NCBI RefSeq assembly: GCF_035084215.1
Contig: NC_090356.1
Span: 22,134,001-22,198,000 of the forward strand
Direction of reading: 5' to 3'
Origin: Heptranchias perlo
Lineage: Eukaryota
Length of the DNA stretch: 64,000 nucleotides
Shown here piece by piece: positions 25,579-38,946 of the stretch; position 1 is the stretch's first letter, and every line of letters starts with the position of its first letter. The position numbers and the translations under genes are program-made. A model generated the notes under the pieces. It did not search any database. It was not told the origin of the DNA and was given only the letters and a program-made list of their open reading frames with translations.

Positions 25579-26899
25579 CTGAAAAAAGAATGCACAGTTA
25601 GACATTGTGGAAAATAGCCAATGCTAAACTGTTTTAATACTTGATCTGGTGTAGCGCACATTGTTCCTCTGTCACAGTTATATTTGAGAAGGTGAGGGTC
25701 ACGTTTTGAACAGTGTTTGTTTTAATAGTGCAACTATGACTGAGTCTGGAAACAGCTGCATCCTTGAAGGGGTGGTGATGCTTTGATGGGGAACTTTTGG
25801 TGCTGCTTAGTTCCTGGAACATCCTGCTGTCGGGGAACGTTTATGCGATAGCAGACACCTTGTCTGCTGCAGCTCACAATGTGTTTTCAATCTTAGATTT
25901 TTAAATTGAAATTAAAATAAGAAATAACAATTTTTTAACTGCAGTTGCAAAATGTCGCTGTGCCCAATTACATAACCATGTTGTCGTAATTGAAGAGGGA
26001 AGAGACTTGGAAAGTGGAGGCAGCTTTGGGAGGGACTAGCAGAGTGAGGAGGATTAGTGGAGGTAGCTTCAGAAGAAATGTTGGTGTCAAGTTGAGAGGG
26101 TAGCAGAGATGATGGAGACCATGATAGAGTAATGAAGTTATCTTGGGGAAAAAAGTTGTGGCAGTTGGTATGGGAAGAGTAAAAGAGGTCAGGGAGGAGT
26201 AGTAGGTATAAATGAGAAGGGTAGGGGAAAGAGTTAAAGAGGCTTGGGTGAAGGAGCAAATGTAATAGGTGGGTAAGAGTAGAACAAGGTTAGGGGAAGT
26301 AGTACATGTGGTTGAGGAAGAGAAAAAGAGACTTGGGGTGGGGGAGTAACAGATATACAGGGGAGGGTGAGTAGAAGAGGGGTCTTGACAAGTACTGGGT
26401 AATATGTCAGGAGATACTGCAGTCTAGTCTATGTAGGATCAGCTGTCTTAGTTATTTTTATCACTCCGAAGCTTCTATAGGGCCTTCAAACTCGGGTGTT
26501 AGGCTGCAGTGTCACTGAGCCAAGCAAGCTCAATGTGTGACCTTCTAATTGGGAGTCAAGCGCTGTGCTATTGGACGTGGAATAAAAGATGCTTTTAACA
26601 AGTTTCTACAAACTTTCGACGTTGGTCCATTAAAAACAGTTCAATGGGATAGTTGGTTGATAAAATGTTAAAGGTGCTGATCACCGTGATAGTGCAATGA
26701 AACTCACTGTTTTCTTTGGGGTAACATAATTGATTTATGCCACCTTTGTACACAATGCAGTTCCATGAAAGGCCAGCGACATTTCTTATGGTTTGGAGAC
26801 AAACTGGGAATAAGACTAAGGTTGAACTGATTCCTACATTTCATTGGTTTGGTTATAAAGTCCACTATGATTAATGCTCGACAAAACTATGGTGCCATC

Positions 26900-28060
26900 T
26901 TATGAAGATCAAAGATGGTCAATGACACATGATGCCAAAACATCAGTAATATTTGATAACAAGATGGAGGCCCTTGCAAGATGACGGCAGAGTGGAATGT
27001 CCCAAGGATCAGAATTGGGACCTTACTATTTCTAATTTACATCAATGATTGGGAGGGCTGGTTGATGCTGAATAGGCAATTCAGGAAATAGACTCAACAC
27101 TCAACATGTCCAATCATTGTAGGGCAGCAATCAACAAAGCACAATGAATGTTGAACTATACAGCCAAACAGCAGAATACAAGTAATGCTCAAACTGTACA
27201 GTGCTGTGACCAATACAGTAATGTGTCCAGTTATGGTCACCGAGATACTAGGGGGACATTCAAGCACTAGAGTCAGTTCATTTAAGAGCCACAGGCTGAC
27301 CCTTAGGCCCTGCTTTTAATAAGGCGGGGGGGAAGCAGGAATGGTGCATGCGAACCCCGAAGCGGGGGTTGCACTCGGAAACAACGAAGACGTCGAGGCC
27401 AGGCCGATTTTAACGGTCAGACCTCATTTCCATACATTTTATAAGATTCATGCCTGAATCCGGCCAGATGCACTACCTGGCCGGAGGGGTAGGAACGGGA
27501 ACCTGCAACCAAAATCCCGTGGGAATAGTCCCTGGCAGTCAGGTAACTGGTGTGGGGGGGGGGGGGGGGGGGGGGCAGGGGGCGATTGCGACCGGGAGAG
27601 GGGCGGGAAACCCGGGGCAAGGAAGGCCCCAAGTTTCCTCATGAGGCCTGGAGGGATTAAAATCGGGGCCTTAGTATCAGAGAACTGAATTATGAGGAAA
27701 GACTTGAGAAACCTGAGCTTTTCAGCTGTGAAAGGAGGCGATTGAAAAGTGGTTTCATTGAGATGTAGCAGATAGTAAGCAGCATGGAAAAGGCAGATCC
27801 AGAAAATTACTTCAAACTAAAGGGGGGGGCACAGGCTTAAACTAGCAAAGGGCAAATTTAGAACTGATGTTAGGAAGCTCTTCACACAAAGAGTGATCAA
27901 CACTTGGAATGTACTTCCAGGTAGGGTAATGGAGGCAAAAACCCTGGAACTATTTAAGAAACAGTTTGCAATGGTAGGGTGAACTTTAGGGTCTTTCTCG
28001 ATTGATGAATTAAAGTGGGTTGAATGTCCTTCCACATCCATATTTATCTTGCGATCTTAT
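26900..28060 (+). mobile_element. Degraded CR1 LINE interrupted by a MITE
   Basis: ccaaggatcagaattgggacc (PQGSELGP), tatgaggaaagacttgag (YEERLE), ttcacacaaagagtgatcaacacttggaat. Confidence 0.7.
27306..27670. mobile_element. PIF/Harbinger-type MITE, 365 bp
   Basis: TSD TTA (27303-27305 / 27671-27673); TIR ggccctgcttttaat / attaaaatcggggcc. Confidence 0.85.
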
Positions 28061-28286
28061 GACAGCTGTGTTCACATACGCTGGCAAATTTTGTCAAAAC
28101 TATTGATAAAACATCAGTCAGCAGTAATCAGCTATATGTAAACACTCCTAATATAACCTATTTTTCTCTACAATCAAACTGTTGAACAAAGAGCTAGAGA
28201 AGCATTTTTAACATTTGAATTGAAATTGTAAAGTTTAAGATTGGGAACAGTTCAGAGTTGGAGCTTCAGGATTATAAACCACGTAC

Positions 28287-28429
28287 CTTCCTCCCTGCCT
28301 CGTTGTTATGCAGATTCATTAATGGCCTGCTGGAAGAGGCACCTTTGCTTCTTTCCCTTACATCCACAAAAGATTGGGAAAAAGCAACACCATATGCAAT
28401 GTTATCTGAACAGCCTGACCACTGGAAGC
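28287..28429 (-). CDS. WNT4: Wnt-4 exon 4 (143 nt)
   Basis: tttag|GC TTC CAG TGG: [47 protein letters not shown]|gtacgt. Confidence 0.99.
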
Positions 28430-29177
28430 CTAAACCCAACAGTAATGAAGAAATATTAATGATCAGAACAAAAAACCTGTTTAATTCAGAAGTGAACAAT
28501 CCAGATATTTTCAAGGTCAAGTCAAGCCTAGGCCAAGTCGGGAACTAAACCAAATTCAAAATATAGGAATCACAGTGTACCTTTTCACATAAACGGTAAC
28601 CTGACAGGTTAATTAACAGCTGCACATTAGTTTTTTTTCAATGTTTTCTCCATTTGCCCCTCCTGAAGGCATTGATATTTTTTGGAATACATGTGAACGT
28701 ATGAAAAGAAAGGTGAAAAAACAGCTTCAGGCCCATCAAGTTCACCCTATCCAGTAGACTTTGTAGCCTTATACACCATCCTTTCAACAGTGTTGTCTCT
28801 TGGGATGAAAAAAAATAGAAAAAAAGACTAGCCAATTAAGAAAAATTGCTGGCAAATTACTCTCAGGCAAACTTACTAAGGCAACAAGAAAGCTTCAGAA
28901 AATTGTTGTTGCTCATTTTGGATCGCAATCTAAACTAACTAACCATGTATCCCCTACCACTGGCGATGCCCTCTTCTCTCAAGAAACCCATCAAGTTCCC
29001 TTTTAAAGGACAGCAATTATCTCATACTCACCACTTATTGTGGAAATCTGTTCCCGAGTTTGATGACTCTCTGCAAAAAGAGATACTTCCTGGCATCTAA
29101 CCTTATTCTATCTATAGATTTTATAGGCAACAACTCTCTGGCACCACATATGTTCCTATGTTCCTATAAATCCCCAT

Positions 29178-29788
29178 GGAGACTTCAACCTAAGGCCCGG
29201 GACATTTTAACTCCCGGGCCTCATTTAAATGAAGCAGCACTATCTTCCTCCCCTAACTGGTGGGAGTGACATCAAGGCTGGCGGGCAAGAGTAGAAATTG
29301 GGTTGGGAGCCCAAGGACGCCAGGGCACCCAAGAGCATGGACCCTGGCATGAAGTTGGTGCCAGGGAAAGGTTTTGGTAGCAGATATCAGTGCTGGGAAG
29401 GAGAGTTAAGGCCGGGGCAGGTGTGGTCCTAGCATTCCTTGCGGGGCCCAGATGAACACTCCTGCTCCACAAGGATTCCACAGAAAAGTAAAATTAACCT
29501 TCTGGCTACTCCACTGACTCCCGCCAAGGTATAGCTGTTGGGTTTGACCCTATTGGAGCCTCCGGAATCCGTGAGTAAAAATGACGTGTCGCCGATGACA
29601 TCATCAGGCCGCGACATTTGATTGACAAGTCGGCCTCTGCCTGCCTGGAGTGGGCGGCCCTCCTGTGACCGATCTGAGGTCCGTTAAGTTGGTGGCGGGC
29701 GGGAACACGGTGCGAATACCCCTCCCCCTGCTATCTTAACCCACACCTGTACTGTTCCTGCTGGGAGAAGGGGGTTAAAATTGCTCCC
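29178..29788. mobile_element. GC-rich Harbinger-type MITE (left end uncertain)
   Basis: Right terminus ggggttaaaattgctccc; internal ggcctcatttaaat similar to the 27306 element. Confidence 0.5.
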
Positions 29789-31184
29789 AAAGTTCCTGTG
29801 AGTGTTTCAATATTTGCAGAGTGGCCTACACAGAAATCCACTGCAATAGTAGTAATGGTAAAACACTGGACTCCCAACTATACTGACCAATTTCAAATTG
29901 ACACAATGATATGTTTAATAGTTCTTGGGGTGCAACAAACTGAAATGGAGACACTCGTGAGTTTTCTGTCAGTATGGAGACCACATTTACATTACACTTA
30001 GGGATCTTCAGTTCAGTTTTGAAACCCCCACATGGTTTTACTTTCCAGTTTCTAATGCAATGGGGAGTCAGATCACTGTTCAGACTCTGTGTTTGCACAC
30101 CAACTCCAGCATTGCAGCAAAGCAGAAACCACTGTTCCATTTTTTTGGGTTACTTTACTCTTTTTTTACTCTAGATATTTTAGGATTTCATCTTTTAGAC
30201 CATTCTTGCAGGTGACCCCTAGCTCCCTATTTCCTAGAAAGAATGTTTTCACTTGCCCAGATGTCTAGGTAAATTTGTCGAGTGCCCAGGAAACAAACAG
30301 TTTATTTCAGCTACAGGTTTTATCATACGATCTCATGTGATCCTCCTTGTTTTGGAAGGTGGACTTTGACTTAGGCTTTAATTGACAAACAGATTTATTA
30401 AACATTAAAAGGACAACAAATTGTAGCAGTAACAACATTTTTACAGTAGCTATTAAGCACAGCTAACTCCTCAAAAACTAGAAAATATTAAATAGTTTAT
30501 CGCTGCTGCGCTAAACTATTATTATATAGTGATTCCTTTCTTTTTCTCACCGTCTATGGAAGCTATCTGGCCTGACTAACTTTCTTCGAAATCTTCAGGC
30601 AGACCCCCCGATTTGAACAAGACAGGTTAATAAATCCCTTTAAAAAAATTGACCAGGACCGCACAGATTTAATTAATTGTTAAATTCAAAAGAGTTGCCA
30701 ATCAAACACACATTTCAACAAATCCCACAAGATTTTTGTATTTGAATTAAATGGCTTGTTCGTTCCCTCAGACAGGCACAGAGAAACTGACTCACATCTG
30801 TAACAGTTGTTTCAAGTTAAGCTGATACATGACTTCTGTGGGGGCAGCTGGTCTTTAACCCCTTATGTACCATGGTTGGAGCATGGTCCCAGCATGTAGG
30901 GATTAAGAAGAGGAGAAGGATAGGATATGGCAGCACTGTTCCTGCCCTTAATGATGTTCTGAATGCACCATAAATACCCAGGCTGCTAGATGGAGAGTTA
31001 TAATAGAAGAAAGACTTCATTTCAGGGAACATGGGATTAGAAAGGGGGAGAACAGGGTCTTCGAAGATGACCACTGGCCATTAATGAAGTTCTTACTTTA
31101 CCCGAAGTGGTCTCCCTCTATTTTAAGGTCTAATATGTAGTTGACGATGAAGTACATTAAATGTGATTTTTTGTGTTCATCCAC

Positions 31185-31578
31185 GATGAATGTTAGTACT
31201 CGAAGATGGAACACTTTCCCTCTGAGGCACCTGGTATCAGCATCAAGCACTCCCAGATCAAGTATAATATGGTTAGATGCAGCATACTCTACGTCAACAA
31301 TGAGCCCCACCCTAATCTCAGGAAAGGACCTACTTCATTTGTGTGATTTTTTTTCATTTTTCACACCAGCCATTCTGTGGCCTCTCTCAGTCAGATTGAC
31401 AGTTAATGCCCAATTATAGGTAATTTGCGCTGCACACCAGGAACTGGACTGGCAAACTTGTTTCATGTAGGACCTGTATAGGCAAAAGACACTTTCTGCC
31501 CATTACTCTGGGTGAGTTTTGAACACAGTTCTCAGAGGAGAAAGGCCAATGGCTAACTCACTGCAACATCCAGCCCCC
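31185..31578 (-). mobile_element. LF-SINE-like element, near full length
   Basis: Minus strand ggggctggatgttgcagtg...ggcctttctcctctg...cagtccagttcctggtg...gagagaggccacagaatggc resembles the recalled LF-SINE consensus (GGGGACTGGATGGCTCAGTG...GCCTTTCACCTCT...CAGTCCAGTTCCTAGTGG...AGAGAGGCCAAG). Confidence 0.6.
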
Positions 31579-31604
31579 TGATGGAGCAACATTTTTAGAC
31601 TTAC

Positions 31605-31736
31605 CATCAGGGCTCACTCCATGGACTGTGCGATCACAACCACACTTTTCCAGCTCTCCACTGCTGCAGGCACGAGTAACTGCAAAGGCCACTCCAGCAG
31701 ATGAGATTGCATACACAAAAGCTGCTTCTCTTGTTC
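31605..31736 (-). CDS. WNT4: Wnt-4 exon 3 (132 nt)
   Basis: tacag|GA ACA AGA: [43 protein letters not shown](G)|gtaagt; not in the ORF track in this frame. Confidence 0.99.
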
Positions 31737-32549
31737 CTGTATTTATAGAAATGGGAATGGTTACTCAACCACATCACTGACCAACTGGGATGTAACAATA
31801 CCTGTATAGAGCAGAACAAGCTAGGCAGACCCAAGTTATACTGTCAGCTTCTATGTTGCTGTCTGCTCAGCACAGATGTAGCCCTGTGCTTGTGCGTGTC
31901 AGCTAGTTAGATTTCAATGTTAGGAGCAAGCTGATAGGTGCATGGAAACTGACATTTCTGAAAGGACCACCTGGGAGCTATGCCTGCTACAGTTATGTTG
32001 AAAATCATTTCTGATTTTTCCTCCACTCCAATGGGCTTTTTCTATATTGAGGCAAAATGGGTGCATATCGACACAAAACTTGGAACCATAATTTGGGAGT
32101 CAGATTGGTGGTAAGATTGTAGACTACATTAAAGGCAGAGATGTAAGACCGCCACCAGGAAACAGTCTGAAACCGCTGGAATTTTACGAATGGTGTGGTA
32201 TAACTTCAGACCCATTTTAATAGCTCCCAGGTAGTCCTCTTGAAACTTCAGTTTCTACGCAGTCTTTGGCTTGCTCTTAACATTAAAGCCTAATTGGCCG
32301 GTGCATGCATGCACAAATTTATACTAATGCTGGACAGAAAACACAATTCAGGGGCTGACAGCAACTCAGATTTGCTGGACCACCCCTCTCCAACTGGTCT
32401 GAGGCCATTACATGTAGCATAATTAACCCCTAAAATAAAGCCAACTACTTTCTCTGACTGAGCATGAACTAATGGGCCAATAAAGATCATACTGTTTTCG
32501 ATCATGTTACTTTAATGGCTGGTGGGTAGGAATGTGGGTAGGAATGTGA

Positions 32550-33165
32550 ACAGGAGCAGGGCTGTCTTACTGCAGTTGTACGGGGCTTTGGTGAGACCAC
32601 ATCTGGAGTATTGTGTGTAGTTTTGGTCTCCTTATCTGAGGAAGGATGTCCTTGCCTTGGAGGGAGTGCAACGAAGGTTTACCAGACTGATTCCTGGGAT
32701 GGCAGGACTGACGTATGAGGAAAGATTGGGTCGACTAGACCTATATTCACTAGAGTTTAGAAGAATGAGAGGTGATCTCATCGAAACATATAAAATTCTA
32801 ACAGGACTAGACAGACAAGATGCAGGGAGGATGTTCCCGATGGCTGGGGAGTCCAGAACCAGGGGTCACAGTCTCAGGATACGGGGTATGCCATTTAGAA
32901 CCGAGATGAGGAGGAATTTCTTCACTCAGAGGATGGTGAACCTGTGGAATTCTCTACCACAGAAGGCAGTGGAGGCCAAGTCATTAGATGTATTCAAGAA
33001 GGAGATAGATATATTTCTTAATGCTAAAGGGATCAAGGGATATGGGGAAAAAAATGGGAACAGGGTACTGAGTTAGACGATCAGCCATGATCATTTTGAA
33101 TGGCGGAGCAGGCCCGAAGGGCCAAATGGCCTATTCTTGCTCCTATTTTCTATGTTTCTATGAAG
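32550..33165 (+). mobile_element. Well-preserved CR1 LINE 3' end
   Basis: ORF 32657-33076 EGVQRRFTRLIPGM...RRNFFTQRMVNLWNSLP; tail tttctatgtttctatg. Confidence 0.92.
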
Positions 33166-34543
33166 CTGATTTAGCCATGAGATGATTACTGAGAATGAGG
33201 CAGTCCCATGCTGGTATGGAGAACAGTAATTTTACTAAAGTGGAATTGAGGTTTCCTATTACCAAATTTAAGACTGTGTGTTTTTGCTCTAAGCATTGCA
33301 AATAGATTTATTTTAATCCTCATATTTCCTCCCCTTCTCACCGAAAGGTGCTAAGGCTTGCTGGGGTGGGGTTAATAGAGCATCTTCTGCCCGGTGGCAC
33401 TTCTCCCAGGTGACCAATCTTCATGAGTGATCCTGGAAAATGACTGTTGGTAGAGTATAAATCATGTGGGCATCAGGGCTGAGTCCAGCCCAGCCCTCAT
33501 CCGATATCCACATATACATTTTATAATAGGACCCAATGAAAAGTGATGAGGAGTGTGAATCCTGGTTGATTTCCCCCTCCCTAACTCAGGGGTGCTGAAG
33601 CCAATTGTAGCAGTCGTACCACCATCAGAGCTGAGGTCAGCTTACTCAATACAGACTAGGACATTCTTGATTTGTAGGGCAGAGTTTTTAACCTCCAAGC
33701 TGTTGGGGAGTTTCATGTAGGTGGCTTAGACTTCCATAATGTGGGGCCCCTTTAACAGTGTTTCATATTAAAATTGTGTTCTAAGAATTGAGACTGTCTA
33801 ACAGGAATTAGCGCCAATTGGCAGTGTCAATTGGATTGCTCCATTTTAATTAAGTATCTGTTAACACACAACAGTATTATTTGCTTCAAGAGGGAATTTC
33901 ACTCTTATAAAAAGTGGCCCCCAGCCTCACTCAATCTATGCTAGAGTGGATTCTTACCACATTAACAAACTCTTCATTTACAAATAAAACTATTTCCTCT
34001 CAATAAGCATTGTACCAGACAGCAGGCACTTATACACTAATGCTATTAATAATAATGATGTATTATAGGAATATGATGCAATTTTCCCTTACATTGAAAT
34101 GAGCAATTGATTCCCCTGCCACCAATATTGTTTCTCCAATTTTCTCCTCATGTCTCTCTTCCTCTACTGAAGTTACTGACTATGGGAATACAGTTTCATT
34201 GGCGCTGGCAGCCCTTTATTACCTTGCTTAAGTGGTCATTCTTCAATCAAAATTTGCAGGAGAATGGGACTAATTGGATAGCTCTTTGAAAGAGCCGGCA
34301 TAGGCATGATGGACCAAATGGCCTCCTTCTGAGCTGTATGATTCTATGATTCATTGATATATGAGCTGTTCCGAGTGTGGTATTGAATAATGCAGACCAG
34401 GAAGGTCCTGGGTTGGATACCTGGTCGGTGTTCAGTTTAGGAATAGGGATTAAGATTGATCTCAGCTTTTTTTTTATTAGGCAAGGGTATCAAGGGATAT
34501 GAAGCTAAGGCAGGTAAATGGAGTTGAGGTACAGATCAGCCAT

Positions 34544-34993
34544 AATAAAAAGAAAGACTTGCATTGATATAGCATGGTCACATCAGGATGTTCCAAAGTG
34601 CTTCACAGCCAATGAAGTACTTTTGAAGTGTAGTCACTGTAGGAAACACGGCAGCCAATTTTCACACAAGGCCCCGTGATAACAAGCAACGTGATAATGA
34701 CCAGATAATCTGTTTTGAGGTGTTGGTTGAGGGGTAAATATTGGCCAGGACACCGAGGAGAACTCCCCTGATTTTCTTCAAAATAGTGCCATGGGATCTT
34801 TTACGTCCATGAGAGCAGACAGGGCTTTGGTTTAACATGCGGAAAGACAGCATCTCCGACAGCGCAGCACTCCCTCAGTACTGCACTGAAGTGCCAGCCT
34901 AGCATTTGTGCTCAAGTCCCTGGAGTGGAACTTGAACCCATGACCTTCTGACTCAGAAACGAAAGTGCTACCAACTGAGCCACAGCTGATACG
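34544..34993 (-). mobile_element. Deu-domain tRNA SINE (SacSINE1/AmnSINE1-like) inserted into a CR1 3'UTR
   Basis: A box tggctcagttggtagc, B box gggttcaagttcc, Deu-like core ggacgtaaaagatcccatggcactattttgaag...gtgtcctggccaa, L2-like tail; agccat duplicated at both flanks (34538-34543 / 34996-35001). Confidence 0.8.
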
Positions 34994-37959
34994 TTAGCCA
35001 TGATCTAATTAAATGACGGAGCAGGCTCCTGGCGCTGAATGGCCTACTCCTGTTCCTATGGTCCTAGTGACCCATTGCTGTAAAATGCATGTGTGTCCAT
35101 GTTTCATAATGACAAATTTGGGTGTTGTCTCTGTGATGTCTCCATGGTCAAACAACCTGTTGATACTTGTCAAAACTGACATAGTTAGAATGCAATTTGC
35201 AGGAGGGAGCAGAGGATACTTGGCACTGTGGAACCACACTCATAACAGAGGGTTCAGAAGAGGGGAGAACATTGGGGAGAAGAGGTGATTCATATTCTGT
35301 TTTTTTTAATACTGGGAAAATTAAACGTACAGAAAACCCCAAATGTATTGGTATCACGTATAAAACATTAATGGCAATCGAAGTTACATTTCATAGGAAT
35401 TCGTGAAAATATGTGATTAGTGTTCAGTATTGATAGATTACATGACAGTTGTACAAAATCTATCAACCTCCAACAGGGCGTCATTAATTATATGTAACTG
35501 ATGGACACAATTCGGTTACAAATGAGCCAAATCGCCGAGTACAGGGGCTGAACGAGCTGCTCCTGTCCCTGTATTTGTATCAAGATTGTTTTTAAAAACC
35601 TGAGCCTGAGCTAAATTCGCGATTTGAAATAATGTAAAACTATTTAACCTCATCGGGAAAAAGGGAAGTCCCCGAAAACACGCTGGGATAGCGATGTGAA
35701 CTGAGATGTCATTCCTGATGCTTCGTCCGTCAAACCTGATCTTGCAGGGTTAAGCAGTGACAGTGGAGGTCGCTCTAATCCACGGAATCCCACTCGCATC
35801 AACACATCTCCCGCTTCCAACATCTGCTGCTATCTCACTGTTTGTTATTCACCAGCGACACAGCACAGTCCCATTAAAAAGCTCCATTACACTGACTGTT
35901 AGGTCCTTTACAGAGGTTGCAATTTAACCGATCAAAATTGGCAAGGGCAAGGAAGGAAACAGGTAAAGGGATCGTTTGGCTCTTGTCTTCAGAGCTTAAA
36001 GTGCTAAAAGAGTGTCAAGTCCTGTTTAATACCACTCAATAAATTAATGTTTAGGCCATTTCTGGGTTTGTTTTACCCGTTCTGATCCCAGACTTTATTC
36101 AGTTTTAACCCGCAGCAATGGTCTCTCAAACCCCCTTGGTCACTTAATTCGAATTCAGTCCAGGGTTAGCTCCGGATTGCGCTCTATAAATTGGAGCTCC
36201 GACTGCCCCCCTCCCCCCTCTCCAATTTCTGCCCTGCTTAGTATTTGATACAGTTGCACGAGTATTGTCTGGTACCTCATCCGAGTGGCCATTCTTCATG
36301 TGAGCTTAGACTTCTATGAAGCCTAGATTTTCCGACTAGTATTATTTTAACACCAGCCTGTATTAAAATAACAGTAATGTCGGTAGGCCATTTGATCATT
36401 GGGACATCACAGCTGAGCCCAATCCACATTCATGCCCATACAGTTCCATTAGGAGCCACTGGATAATGATCAGTAATGAGTTTTCCCTTTCCTTGCCCAT
36501 TTATGCCAAGGTCAAGTGGAACACTTCAAGGCTGGATTTAAATAATACTTTTGCATCGATGCAAAGTGGTTTTGGGGTTCATTAATTGCCTAGAGGTCAC
36601 CTCACATCAGTTTGAGTCCCCAAAGTAAAAACGCAGCTCTACTTCTGCCCCAGCTGAGATCAAACACTGTGGATGGAACCTAGGACCTTTCTGGTCTTTA
36701 TGGCTCAGTTGCACACCAGTCAGTGTTTTTACAATGAGTTATTAGGTGAAGGGATCTTGAACTAATGTGTGCCTTTATATAACAGGGTTGGATGCCAGTT
36801 GAGCTGTGAGAGTGGACAGTACTGGCAAAGTGAAGTTCTGCACATGCACTTAAATAAATGAGCAGAGCTCTGCCCACCAGGATCTGAAGTTGACGAAATG
36901 TTTTGTGTTAGTAAAGGACAGACTGTCCTACATTACAAATTATACCAGTATTAAAAATGCAAAGATGGTTCAGCGGACTAACTGGATTATTTTAAACTCT
37001 AAATGGGTTTGCACTGGTTGCAGTTATACTGCAGGTCGTGTAAAGTCTAGATGTTGTGAAATTATCTCCTTGAGATGGTCTCACACTGCTTGTCAAAAGT
37101 CAAATTACCCTGATATTGGGACTTCAAATCACAGATAAGTTGTGCTATATAAAAACTGTGTTGCATCAATGCAGAAACTGGAATCTAACTTGCCTATAAT
37201 ACTTTGATGTAAATAAAAATCTGAAAAAGGGGTCACAAATACAAATTGCTGCCAGTGAAATTTTAATGTTCATATTTAAAATTGTGCGTGATGTGTGTGT
37301 GTGGGGAGGGGGGCATAGGTAGCATCATCCCTGGGGCCGATTCCGCACATTTCTGCTCAGTTGGGCCCTTTGCTAGCCTTGAATTTGATGTAAAATAACC
37401 TCTTGCAGTCCCAAGAATTCAATGTTAAGTTTTTTAAATGTATTCCATGCATGATTTCCATGATCTAATGGCAAATATATATATATGTTTGTTTACTTAC
37501 ATGTATTAGATAGCCATATATTTATCTATCTGCTGATCTGGTTAGCCTCCACAACACCCAGGATTCTATTGTAAATCCAATTGTAGTGTTACTCCAATAA
37601 GTTTTACTTTCCCAACCATCTCTTTTGATTTATACAATTTCCTCCAGATCCCAAGTACTCACAACCAAGGCATTGTTTTATGTTCTAATTTACTTGGAAT
37701 CCTTTAAATGTCTTACTGGACATCTGTCCCTGATTTACCTGCACTAGCTTGGTAAATCTATGATGTCTTTCCTTTTGTTGCTATCAATTTAATTCTGGAT
37801 GTAATCCTTCTTTTACTTATAACTGATCTTGAACTCTTTCCCTGGTCCCAGTGTCATAATCTCACATAATCAATGTCTGACCTATATTATGCAGCCCTGT
37901 CACAAAATGACTGCTCTATGTGCGACTGTCCTGACATTGCTGTCACTGCCCTGTATGTG

Positions 37960-38600
37960 ACAACAACAACTTGCATTTATATAGCGCCTTTAACGTAGGA
38001 AAACGTCCCAAGGCGCTTCACAGGAGCCAAAGAAGGAGATATTAGGATAGGTGACTAAAAGCTTCATCAAAGAGGTAAGTTTTAAGGAGGGTCTTAAAGG
38101 AGGAGAGAGTGTGGAAACAAAGGGAGGTGTAGAAAAGGAATTCCAGAGATTAGGGCCTAGGCGGTTGTAGGCATGGCTGCCAATGGTGGGACAAAAGAAG
38201 TGGGGGATGCACAAGGCTGGAATTGGAGGAGCGCAGAGTTCTTGGAGGGTTGTCAGCTGGAGAAGGTTACAGAGATAGGGAGAGGCTAGACCATGGAGGG
38301 ATTTGAATACGAGGATGAGAATTTTAAAATTGAAGCATTCGTGGACTGGGAGCCAATTTGGTCAGCGAGTACAAGTGTGATGGGTGAACGGGACTCCGTG
38401 CAAATTCGAATACGGGTGGCAGAGTTTTGGATGAGCTCAAGTTTATGGAGGGTTGGCGATAGGGGGCCGGCCAGGAGAGCATTGGAATGGTCGAGTCTGG
38501 AGGTAACAAAAGGATGGATGAGGGTTTCAGCTACAGATAAGATGAGGCAGAGGCAGAAACAGGTGATGTTACGGAGGTGAAAGTAGGCAGTCTTCGTAAT
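37960..38600 (-). mobile_element. L2 LINE 3' end
   Basis: Tail gtgaagcgccttgggacgttttcctacgttaaaggcgctatataaatgcaagttgttgttg; remnants of SRLDHSNALLAG...KLELIQNSA and LGPNLWNS. Confidence 0.85.
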
Positions 38601-38946
38601 TGAGTGGTTTTTTTTGTGGTTGTCCCAAGATTATTTTCACTGCTGTGTTTGACTGCCCTGGGATTACTATCTTGCTCTGTACGTGACTGTTTTGTGATTG
38701 CCATAGATGTCCTGACATGGTATTGCTGATCGATGTGTGACACCACTGGGATTGCTGTCTGCTCTGTGTGTATTATCTCTCGTACTATTCCCTTCATTTG
38801 TATGTTTCAACTGCATTAATCCTATGCACTTAACTTGCCCACGCTTGAATTACCATGAACAAAAAGAAAAACCGAGAAATCTGAAATAAAAACAGAAGAT
38901 GCTGGAAATGCACAGCAAATGGGTCAGGATTTCAAATAGAAAGACG

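Noticed and set aside
25990-26400. Purine-rich tract with a minus-strand 115-aa Pro/Ser/Leu ORF
   Set aside because: Low-complexity sequence or decayed LINE; composition explains the ORF.
34900-34990. tRNA-like A/B boxes (also 47150-47215, 62020-62085)
   Set aside because: These are SINE heads without a complete cloverleaf, not tRNA genes.
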